Part shown: one piece after another, positions 1 to 7,528 of the stretch
Layout: the number at the start of each line of letters is the position of its first letter
Numbering within the stretch: the stretch's first letter is position 1
Assembly (NCBI GenBank): GCA_017889705.1
Contig: JAGGAB010000010.1
Coordinates: forward strand, 3,636 to 67,635
Length of the DNA stretch: 64,000 nt
Reading direction: 5' to 3'
From: Bacillota bacterium
GTDB lineage: Bacteria > Bacillota > Negativicutes > Sporomusales > Sporomusaceae
The notes under the pieces: generated by a model
Told to the model about the DNA's origin: nothing
Seen by the model: only the letters and a program-made list of their open reading frames with translations
The model's database searches: none
Made by a program: the position numbers and the translations under genes

Positions 1-429
1 GGGGCAAAAAGATTCCGGGATGCTCGTATGTATACTTATCTGGGTATTGGTTTTGCTGTATTCGCCGCAATCTTTTTTGCGTTAGGCTTAGTATTATTTA
101 ATCAAGAAGTAGCCGGCTTATATACAAATGATTATGAAGTACTTCAGTTAACACAGCAGTTCTTGTTATATGCGGTATTTTTTCAACTCTTTGATGCTGT
201 AGCGGCACCCATACAAGGGGTGCTGAGAGGATATAAAGATGTTAAAGTAGTTTTTATTATGGCTTTATTGGCCTATTGGATTATTGGTTTACCAGTTGGT
301 TATCTTTTGTCATATCATCAAGATTTTGGTCCGTTTGGTTACTGGATTGGATTTATTGCCGGATTGGCTGTTAGTGCGGCTGTATTATTGCTGCGTCTTA
401 TTAGAGTTCAAAGAAGAAGCCATGCTTGA
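1..429 (+). CDS. MATE family efflux transporter (NorM-like), 3' part
   Basis: Frame open from base 1; FQLFDAVAAPIQGVLRGYKD and YWIIGLPVGY motifs typical of the MATE C-terminus. Confidence 0.9.
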   Translation, partial: GAKRFRDARMYTYLGIGFAVFAAIFFALGLVLFNQEVAGLYTNDYEVLQLTQQFLLYAVFFQLFDAVAAPIQGVLRGYKDVKVVFIMALLAYWIIGLPVGYLLSYHQDFGPFGYWIGFIAGLAVSAAVLLLRLIRVQRRSHA

Positions 430-597
430 GAGCCCCTGTGACCTTCCGCACGGTAATAAAACTATTTATAGTGTTATACTTGGATAGAAAAACGTGAGGG
501 GGGAAGCAAACATGGTAGACGTACATAGTTTATTAAGGCAACACAAAATCAATAAAAGGTAATTTCAATACAAATGAATAGAAAATGAGGTAGAGAA

Positions 598-1170
598 ATG
601 TCAGCCGCGAATAGTAAGATATCTAATCATCAGAAGTGGTACCATCGGCGGCTCAACATAAAACGAATCTTTACTTCATCAATAGGAGCAATGCTCGGGA
701 TTGGGACAGTCGCCTATATATCTACTATAACTGGTGTTAATTTCATTATGCCCCCGTTAGGGGCAACTTGTTTTATTGCATTTGTCATTCCAGATAGTGC
801 TTTTGCTCAGCCACGAAATATTATTGGCGGGCATGTTATATCGAGTATAGTCGGAATTATATGTTCTTATTGTTTTGGTCAACAGTGGTGGGCTTATGCG
901 TTAGGAGTTGGCGTTGCGATTGCTGCCATGCAGTTACTTCGGATCTTACACCCGCCTGCAGCAGCAAATCCCATACTAATAATGTCAGAATGGGGATTAT
1001 CTTTAGATATTCTTTTAGCGCCGGTGCTAATTGGCAGCAGTCTCTTAGCCTTGGTAGCTGTAATATTTAATAAATTCGTTATTAAACATAGATACTTTCG
1101 TGTAGTATTGCTATATGTAGCAAATATCTCTGAAAGCATTCGTATTATTAGTTCACCTAGAACCCCATAG
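598..1170 (+). CDS. HPP family membrane protein
   Basis: PPLGAT, AQPRNIIGGH and LHPPAAA motifs; hydrophobic helices. Confidence 0.9.
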   Translation: MSAANSKISNHQKWYHRRLNIKRIFTSSIGAMLGIGTVAYISTITGVNFIMPPLGATCFIAFVIPDSAFAQPRNIIGGHVISSIVGIICSYCFGQQWWAYALGVGVAIAAMQLLRILHPPAAANPILIMSEWGLSLDILLAPVLIGSSLLALVAVIFNKFVIKHRYFRVVLLYVANISESIRIISSPRTP

Positions 1171-1254
1171 TTCATTTTTTATTTTTGAACGATAAGCCAT
1201 TTATTACCTTGACATACTGATATTGCCATGATATATATATAGTAAGTTAAGGAA

Positions 1255-1425
1255 AAAGGGAGTGTATTGATGTCGGTAATTCTGTAAGGATTTAGGTTAA
1301 GCGCATAAAATGAGCAATTGTTTTGCTCTTATTTGTGTTGTCAAAAACTGCCTTACAGATTGAATGAGCATCCATTTTATAAGGGTGTAATTTGTAGCGC
1401 AGTAGCATACTGCGCTTTTTTTATT
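1255..1425 (+). promoter_or_regulatory. Leader-peptide attenuator (uORF MSVIL at 1270-1287, hairpins, intrinsic terminator 1396-1422)
   Basis: RBS AAGGGAG then ATG TCG GTA ATT CTG TAA; TCTGTAAGG pairs with CCTTACAGA (1351-1359); AGCGCAGTA-gca-TACTGCGCT plus T-run upstream of the CDS. Confidence 0.6.
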
Positions 1426-1461
1426 TTCTTTCTATAAGGCAAAATTAGAAAGGAAGATAAC

Positions 1462-2187
1462 ATGTTTACATTTACAAACCAGTTTATTTCTAATGCTAAA
1501 AATGCTGAGTTCTTGAAAGCCACTATGATGGGGCCAAACGCCATGCGAGTGGCGGAGGAATTAACGTCACACCTACACATCAATGAGTATATGCGAATAC
1601 TTGACCTTGGTTGCGGGTGTGGCCTTTCCACTTTTTTATTAGCGAAAAAATTTGGTGCGTGCGTTTTCGCCGCCGACCTTTGGATTTCGCCAACTGAAAA
1701 CTATGAGCGTTTCCAAGCTATCGGGATTGCTGATAAGGCCGTTCCAATTTTCGTAGACGCAACCAAAGGGCTGCCTTTCGCCAATGGATATTTTGACTTA
1801 TTGTTCACCGTGGATGCTTACCATTATTTCGGTGATACGGCGGCAATGCTCCCGTCGCTCATTCCTTTTGTGAAAAAGGGCGGCTATATTGCTGTGGCTA
1901 TTCCCGGCTTAAACTACGAATTTGAGAAAAATGTTCCCGCTGAAATGCAGCCGTTTTGGAATAGCGAGATGGCAAGAACCTTGCACTCTCTTGCTTGGTG
2001 GAAAGATTTGTGGAAGAGGGCAGAGGGTATTGAACTAGTGGACAGTCGTGAAATGGCCTGTTGCAAACAGGCGTGGCAAGAGTGGCTGACCGCTTATCAC
2101 CCTGTTGTCGCTGGTGACATCAAAATGATGGAAGCTGAGGGCGGAAAATATTTTAATCTTATTCAGTTGATAGCTAAAATTATCTGA
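1462..2187 (+). CDS. Class I SAM-dependent methyltransferase
   Basis: ILDLGCGCG motif I; LPFANGYFD motif. Confidence 0.9.
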   Translation: MFTFTNQFISNAKNAEFLKATMMGPNAMRVAEELTSHLHINEYMRILDLGCGCGLSTFLLAKKFGACVFAADLWISPTENYERFQAIGIADKAVPIFVDATKGLPFANGYFDLLFTVDAYHYFGDTAAMLPSLIPFVKKGGYIAVAIPGLNYEFEKNVPAEMQPFWNSEMARTLHSLAWWKDLWKRAEGIELVDSREMACCKQAWQEWLTAYHPVVAGDIKMMEAEGGKYFNLIQLIAKII

Positions 2188-2240
2188 ATATCTTTGCGCC
2201 GACAAAGGCGTACCTAATAAGCATTATGTACGCCGGATCT

Positions 2241-2272
2241 AAAATAGACAGCCTCACGGCTGTCTATTTTTC
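2241..2272 (+). terminator. Intrinsic terminator (likely bidirectional)
   Basis: AAAATAGACAGCC-tcac-GGCTGTCTATTTT. Confidence 0.8.
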
Positions 2273-2329
2273 TTAAACCCACTTGCAATTTATACCAAAA
2301 CATACTATTATTAGAAAAGGATGGAAATT

Positions 2330-2428
2330 AAAAAGTTAGAGTCGCCGTGTCCCATAGGTGTGTCACCACCTATAGGCACGAGCAGGTGGATCAGCACCTA
2401 CACGTAACAGCAAGCTGTTTACGACGAC
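2330..2428 (-). ncRNA. Candidate ~100-nt multi-hairpin antisense RNA
   Basis: Minus-strand promoter TTGTAA-17-TATAAT (2463-2435); closing stem plus three hairpins; ends at a T-run. Confidence 0.5.
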
Positions 2429-2732
2429 AATCTTATTATACCCGCTTGCCGGCTTGATTACAAGTTTTGGCAATTCCGGTATATTGATTGTCGCGAAAAG
2501 ACTGCAAGCTGTGCGACTGCATGCCATATTAACTTGATTCATATCAAGCTACAGGGTTTCCGTACTCTCTGTAGCTTGATACTGCTGCAAGTTTCGATTG
2601 GATCGCATGTGTAGGATGAATAATCCTGCATTTGTGATCCTTTTTAATTTCCTCCTGTAAAATTCCCATTGCTGGGTGATTACAGGAGGGCATAGAAAGC
2701 CTCCGTAGTAAAAAAGGGAGGGTAATTCCATT

Positions 2733-2993
2733 ATGGTAACGGTGTATACACCAGGTAAAAAGCTTGAATGTGCAGAAGTTAATCCAATCCAATTTAAACT
2801 GCTAATTACTGAAACAGGGCAAGAGTACCTGTTGATGTACTGTTTGAGTAGGCAATATCTGTATAGCCTACAGCGCTTGGAAGGAGACCGGCCGGATTTC
2901 ACCTTTATTGATGAGGTAAGCCGGCTCGAAGAAGAACCACAGTATTCGAGCATTTTTCAAGCCTTGTCCAGAATCAGCATCCTCGACTCATGA
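2733..2993 (+). CDS. Small hypothetical protein, paralog of 5778-6020
   Basis: RBS GGGAGG; near-identical to the 5778 ORF over ~66 codons. Confidence 0.75.
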   Translation: MVTVYTPGKKLECAEVNPIQFKLLITETGQEYLLMYCLSRQYLYSLQRLEGDRPDFTFIDEVSRLEEEPQYSSIFQALSRISILDS

Positions 2994-3092
2994 AATAACG
3001 AAATACCGTGAGAATACTAACTGAAAAAGCTATCACTTGGTATCTGTGATTTTATCAATTAATCAAATAACGGCTGGAGGGCAGATGAGCAA

Positions 3093-3875
3093 ATGGATAT
3101 TGAACAAGAGAAAATAGCCGAAATTGCTAACGCTTGGGCACAAGCTCAAAATGTTGTTGTATTTACCGGAGCCGGTATGAGTACTGAGTCAGGGCTGCCT
3201 GATTTTAGATCTATTCAGGGTCTTTGGAAAACGAATCCTGAAAGTTTGGCAACACTGGACGCACTAAAAGAGCAGCCTGATGAATTCTATTTTTTCTATC
3301 AGTTGCGCATAAAGAAGTTATCGGATGTAATTCCGAATCAAGGCCATCATGCGCTTACAACCTTACAGCAAAAAGGGAAGCTGGTTGTAATAACACAAAA
3401 TGTGGATGGTCTGCATCAACGTGCAAATACCGAAAATGTTATCGAACTACATGGATCATTACGAACTGTTCGCTGCCAAAGATGCTCTGCAGTATATGAT
3501 AGCAACAAGCTGCTGCCGCAAAACTCAATTTGGTATAAGCAAGTGAACTATCATTATGGCGAGGAATGTCTCTGCTCACAATGTGGTGGCCAATTACGTC
3601 CTGAGGTAGTTTTGTTTGGTGAAAGCTTACCCGAAAAGGCCTGGGATTCTGCCGTAAAACATAGTAAAGCAGCTGATTTTTATGTGGTTCTTGGATCATC
3701 CTTAGCCGTGTCACCAGCCAATTATTTGCCACAGTTTGCTCTAGCCAACGGTGCAAAATTATTAATTATCAACCAGGAACCAACACCGCTGGACACTTCT
3801 GCAACCTGGGTAATCCATAGCAATATTGGACCTGTGTTATGTGCAATAAAGGATAAGATAATGCGTGTTCTTTGA
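3093..3875 (+). CDS. cobB: NAD-dependent protein deacylase (Sir2/CobB family)
   Basis: TGAGMSTESGLPDFR, TQNVDGLH, ELHGS, two CxxC zinc pairs, GSSLAVSPA. Confidence 0.93.
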   Translation: MDIEQEKIAEIANAWAQAQNVVVFTGAGMSTESGLPDFRSIQGLWKTNPESLATLDALKEQPDEFYFFYQLRIKKLSDVIPNQGHHALTTLQQKGKLVVITQNVDGLHQRANTENVIELHGSLRTVRCQRCSAVYDSNKLLPQNSIWYKQVNYHYGEECLCSQCGGQLRPEVVLFGESLPEKAWDSAVKHSKAADFYVVLGSSLAVSPANYLPQFALANGAKLLIINQEPTPLDTSATWVIHSNIGPVLCAIKDKIMRVL

Positions 3876-3934
3876 TGACATGGATGAAAAATGGTATAAT
3901 CAATACAATAGATTTAATAAGTGGAGGGGATCTT

Positions 3935-4093
3935 GTGAGTACCAAATCTACTAAGGAAAAAATAGACCAAGGCCTTGCCCAGGAAGAATCAACTCCGGAA
4001 AATAAAAATTTACAAGACCGTGATTTAGACAACGTATCTGGAGGTGCTTATCCTACAGCAGTAAATAATCAAATCACAGATTCGGTAACCTAA
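3935..4093 (+). CDS. 52-aa peptide with double-glycine leader motif
   Basis: Promoter TTGATG-17-TATAAT (3872-3900), RBS GGAGGG, GTG start; LQDRDLDNVSGG then a 15-aa tail. Confidence 0.65.
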   Translation: MSTKSTKEKIDQGLAQEESTPENKNLQDRDLDNVSGGAYPTAVNNQITDSVT

Positions 4094-4107
4094 AAACACA
4101 AACGATA

Positions 4108-4149
4108 AAATCAGGGGCAAGGCCATGTCGGCCTTGCCCCTGTGATTTT
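4108..4149. terminator. Terminator between convergent genes
   Basis: CAGGGGCAAGGCC-atgtc-GGCCTTGCCCCTG stem. Confidence 0.75.
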
Positions 4150-4153
4150 GTAT

Positions 4154-4480
4154 TTACTTGGCCAGCTTTAAGAGTTTAATTTCACCGTCTTGCGCTGCCA
4201 CTCGATGATCTAAAATGTCAATTTTGGTTTCGATCTGATCTAATTTTTTATCTAGTTTCTTATCTATAAGGCCGATCATAGCAATAACGTCCTTCTGGCT
4301 TTCAGCTGCAAGTGAATCTATTTTATCATTTAGTGTCTTAAATGCCTTGGTCATGGTTTCATTTACTGTCTCAATTTCCTTGGTCATGGTTTCATTAATC
4401 CCAGTTAAATCTTGTTTAGTGGCCATGTTCTTTTTCAGATCCTGTATTTCACTTAAGATCCGTTTAAGCAACTCGTCCAT
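4154..4480 (-). CDS. Coiled-coil hypothetical protein
   Basis: RBS AAGGAG; ATKQDL motif, heptad pattern, internal 11-aa repeat. Confidence 0.75.
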   Translation of the reverse strand: MDELLKRILSEIQDLKKNMATKQDLTGINETMTKEIETVNETMTKAFKTLNDKIDSLAAESQKDVIAMIGLIDKKLDKKLDQIETKIDILDHRVAAQDGEIKLLKLAK

Positions 4481-4621
4481 TCTAATTTCTCCTTTTCCTT
4501 GTTGAATAAATTATATCATAGCCGCTTGCAGTTTAACAGCGTAATCTAACAGCCCCTGGCTTAGTATAGCTGGGGGTTATTTTTTTTAGGAATCGCGTGA
4601 ACGTTTCAGCCGATACAATTT

Positions 4622-5353
4622 TTATAACCTCCCGGGTTTAAGATCTACAACTTTACCGATTATTTTTACAGAAGCGGCTTTTTCGTCAAAGAATTCCCTG
4701 TCAGGATACAAGCTGTTGTCTGAGCAAAAAATCATACCATTAGCTACTTTTTTAACCCGCATTAATGTGCCTTCTTCGCCATCAATTATAACTATAGCTG
4801 GGTCACCGCTATCTACGTCATTTTGAGGTTTTACTATCACGAAATCACCGGGAAAGAAGCGAGGGTACATACTGTCACCTTTAATTCGCAGCATGAAGTA
4901 ATTTTCACCATCGCCGTTTTTTGTAGTAATCCATTGTTCAGTGCCTAAGAACTCATTTAAAGCAAAACCCCCTGGACCGGCAGTAACTTTGCCATATATA
5001 GGGAGGGTATACGTATTATAATTATCCATAGGAATACCATAGTTTGTAGCGTTTTCAGCTACAATTTTGGGGGAATTTTGCAAAACATAATTAATATCCC
5101 CGTTATGCTGGATAAAGCCGTTATCAATAAACCCCGCAGCTATTAAAAAGTCACCAAAGGATTCGCCAGATCCGGTAGCTATCTTTTTCAGAGCTTCTAT
5201 AGTATGGGAAACTGGTTTACCCGTCCTGGGGTCATATCCTTTTTCGATACTATCTAAATGCGTATGGCTTAATTTACATATCTTAGCAAATTCGCGCAGG
5301 GATTTATCTCCGCGTTTTTTTCTTACGTACTCGCCTAATAGGTTGTTAATCAT
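4622..5353 (-). CDS. Phage CI/LexA-like repressor (XRE HTH + S24 peptidase domain)
   Basis: N-terminal HTH (SLREFAKICKLSHTHLDSIEKG), Ala-Gly site (KVTAG), GDSM serine motif, IIGKVV end. Confidence 0.9.
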   Translation of the reverse strand: MINNLLGEYVRKKRGDKSLREFAKICKLSHTHLDSIEKGYDPRTGKPVSHTIEALKKIATGSGESFGDFLIAAGFIDNGFIQHNGDINYVLQNSPKIVAENATNYGIPMDNYNTYTLPIYGKVTAGPGGFALNEFLGTEQWITTKNGDGENYFMLRIKGDSMYPRFFPGDFVIVKPQNDVDSGDPAIVIIDGEEGTLMRVKKVANGMIFCSDNSLYPDREFFDEKAASVKIIGKVVDLKPGRL

Positions 5354-5374
5354 AACTTACACCTCCGTATACAT

Positions 5375-5508
5375 TGTAAACTATACACTACAAAAAATAA
5401 ATGGGTTATGCGAAATTCAAATAAAATGTTTTCTAGACAAATCTGTTGTTTATTCTTGACAAGCAGCTAAATGTTGTTTAACATTTACAGTGTAATGCAA
5501 AAACAACA
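5375..5508. promoter_or_regulatory. Four 18-bp TGT-N12-ACA operator-like boxes and rightward promoter
   Basis: Boxes at 5375-5392, 5444-5461, 5472-5489, 5491-5508; TTGACA(5456)-17-TAACAT(5479). Confidence 0.7.
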
Positions 5509-5537
5509 GACTAGTTTATCTGGAAAGGAGGGATGTT

Positions 5538-5742
5538 ATACAAAACAAAGTCGCAGAGTACCGAAAGGCTTTACGGTCTAAAGTAATCCAGGCAAAACTA
5601 GCTAAAAAGGTAGATATTTGCAGACCTTATCTGTCGGAAATTGAAAGAAACAATGCCACGCCAGGCGGTCAAGTTATGATGCGAATTGCTAAAGAGCTGG
5701 GGAAGACGGTAGAAGAATTTTTTTATCGATACCGTTGTGTAA
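5538..5742 (+). pseudogene. Cro-like HTH regulator with ATA start and likely frameshift in a T7 tract
   Basis: AGGAGG 6 nt before ATA; IQNKVAEYRK...QAKLAKKVDICRPYLSEIERN...IAKELGKTVEEFF; divergent from the CI-like gene. Confidence 0.7.
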
Positions 5743-5777
5743 ACACAACACACAACAAACAGGAGGGGATTTCCATT

Positions 5778-6020
5778 ATGGTAACGGTGTATACACCAGG
5801 AAAAAAGTTTGAATGTGCAGAGGTTAATCCAATCCAGTTTAAACTGTTAATTACGGAAACAGGGCAAGAATACCTGTTGATGTACGATTTGAGTAGGCAA
5901 TACCTGTATAGCCTACAACGCTTGGAAGGAGAGCGACCGGATTTTACGTATGTTGCTGAGGTAATCCGGCTCGAAACAGAAGTACAGCGTGCGAGTATCT
6001 ACAAAACTTCTCCCAAATAA
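5778..6020 (+). CDS. Small hypothetical protein, paralog of 2733-2993
   Basis: Own RBS AGGAGG at 5761; MVTVYTPGKK... Confidence 0.75.
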   Translation: MVTVYTPGKKFECAEVNPIQFKLLITETGQEYLLMYDLSRQYLYSLQRLEGERPDFTYVAEVIRLETEVQRASIYKTSPK

Positions 6021-6035
6021 ACCTTATCTAATTTT

Positions 6036-6226
6036 AACTGAAGTTAGGTTGAGTGTTGTCTCCTTCATGAGTTACTCTTAAAGATGTACTAACTATGGTT
6101 GCATCTACTTTAACTATATTTAAAACCATCATCGAGCTTTGCTCGAACCCGCAAAGCAAAAAAACGTTCTCTTTCCCGCAGAAAATGCCCTAATTGAGCC
6201 TTCGGGCTCTTTTTTTATGCCCAATC
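6036..6226 (+). pseudogene. Degraded copy of the 7173-7406 toxin-like locus
   Basis: Aligns with 7173-7406 but lacks ~43 nt containing RBS and start; frameshifted tail; same terminator. Confidence 0.7.
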
Positions 6227-6297
6227 CAATTGAAACGCTGGTAGAGATTATTTATGCGGGTGAGAGTAGGCAAAAGAAAAAGCGGGATTAGTTCCCG

Positions 6298-6453
6298 CTA
6301 TGATGGTGTAATTTTTTCTTTAAGATCATATTCGACAGCCGAACGTAGTGTAGTTTCTTCTAGTTGTTCTGAATCTTCTTTAAGGGATGGTGGCTCAGGG
6401 TTATTCGAGCTATACCCAACTGACTCATTAGCTTTCTCGGTAGCTTTATCCAT
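6298..6453 (-). CDS. 51-aa acidic hypothetical protein
   Basis: GGAGG RBS, ATG; MDKATEKANESVGY...KITPS. Confidence 0.5.
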   Translation of the reverse strand: MDKATEKANESVGYSSNNPEPPSLKEDSEQLEETTLRSAVEYDLKEKITPS

Positions 6454-6622
6454 AAATGCCTCCAAAAAACAAATTTTGATAGTAGGGTATGCAGCTTATT
6501 ATTATTTATGCAGGATGAGAGTTTTGAAAACTAACACACCAGCCGCGAAACTACATAAAGGGCAGCTATGCTTGCCAAATCAAGCAAGTAGACGGTCAGC
6601 AGGCGGCACAGAAGAGAAGATG

Positions 6623-6787
6623 TTACTCATCACAATCAGCTTGTGCTTGTCTTATCTCATTATATTTTATAGCTAATTTCTCTAATTCATCAAATATCCT
6701 TATTTTAGCTCTACAGGATATGTTTGAGCTATCTATTTTTTGAGCAACCTGTGTTATATGTTCACCGATATTATCCAAGACGTGCAT
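6623..6787 (-). CDS. 54-aa hypothetical protein
   Basis: GGAGG RBS, ATG; MHVLDNIGEHITQ...QADCDE. Confidence 0.5.
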   Translation of the reverse strand: MHVLDNIGEHITQVAQKIDSSNISCRAKIRIFDELEKLAIKYNEIRQAQADCDE

Positions 6788-6876
6788 TTTGTTTTATCCT
6801 CCAATGTAGGTATTTAAGACATATGATACTGAACCTTTATTGGAAGAATATTAATAAACCATAAGGACAGCCTGAA

Positions 6877-7023
6877 TTACATTTTTACTGGTTTACTTGA
6901 TCTCCTGACCGCAAGTAGGGCTTGAGCTACTACTTGTTCAATTTGACCTTTACTTAGTCCTAACGGGCGGACCATATTTATAACTTCAGCTTTAAACTTC
7001 TTTTCACTAAACTCGATAATCAA
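6877..7023 (-). CDS. 48-aa hypothetical protein
   Basis: AAGGTGGTG RBS, TTG start; MIIEFSEKKFKAEVINMVRPLG...KPVKM. Confidence 0.5.
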   Translation of the reverse strand: MIIEFSEKKFKAEVINMVRPLGLSKGQIEQVVAQALLAVRRSSKPVKM

Positions 7024-7243
7024 ATTATCACCACCTTATTGTTCGAGTACTCTATTATACGGATTATATGGTAAGGAGGTGATTTAAAATACTGAGTTTC
7101 GGCTGCTATTTTGTCGGTAGTTGTAAGAATAAGAAGACAAGAATTGATTTACATTAATTGTAAATAGAGGTAAACTGAAGTTAGGTAAAGTGTTGTTTCC
7201 TTCATGGTCACCCTATGCATTATTTTATAAAGGGGGTAGTATT

Positions 7244-7378
7244 GTGGGGGTTATTACTTTTAAAGATGTACTAACGATAGTTGCATCTATTTTGGCAATA
7301 TTTAAAACCATCATCGAGCTTTGCTCGATCCCGCAACTCAAGAAACCTTCTCGTTCCCGCAGAAAATGCCCTAATTGA
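7244..7378 (+). CDS. 44-aa single-TM peptide with basic tail (type I toxin-like)
   Basis: Promoter TTTACA-17-TAAACT (7148-7176), RBS AAGGGGG, GTG; VLTIVASILAIF hydrophobic, KKPSRSRRK tail; terminator GAGCC-ttcg-GGCTC-T6. Confidence 0.6.
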   Translation: MGVITFKDVLTIVASILAIFKTIIELCSIPQLKKPSRSRRKCPN

Positions 7379-7528
7379 GCCTTCGGGCTCTTTTTTATGC
7401 TCAATCTGTGAGACGAGAAAATTGATTAGAACGCTAAAAACTAAATGCCATTTAGAGGAATTTTATTCCATTTAACGAATTGTATAAATTGTATGAAGCA
7501 AAATAAGCCCTTAAGGAGGTTTAAATAA

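Noticed and set aside
3093-3875. Sir2 protein as an anti-phage NADase (Thoeris/DSR-type)
   Set aside because: Has the zinc-binding CxxC pairs, length and motifs of a standard CobB deacylase; no defence partner gene
5676-6020. 114-aa ORF as listed in the track
   Set aside because: Chimera of the cro tail and a separate gene with its own RBS at 5761
6254-6676. 140-aa plus-strand ORF
   Set aside because: No good RBS; antisense to two small ORFs that have clear RBSs
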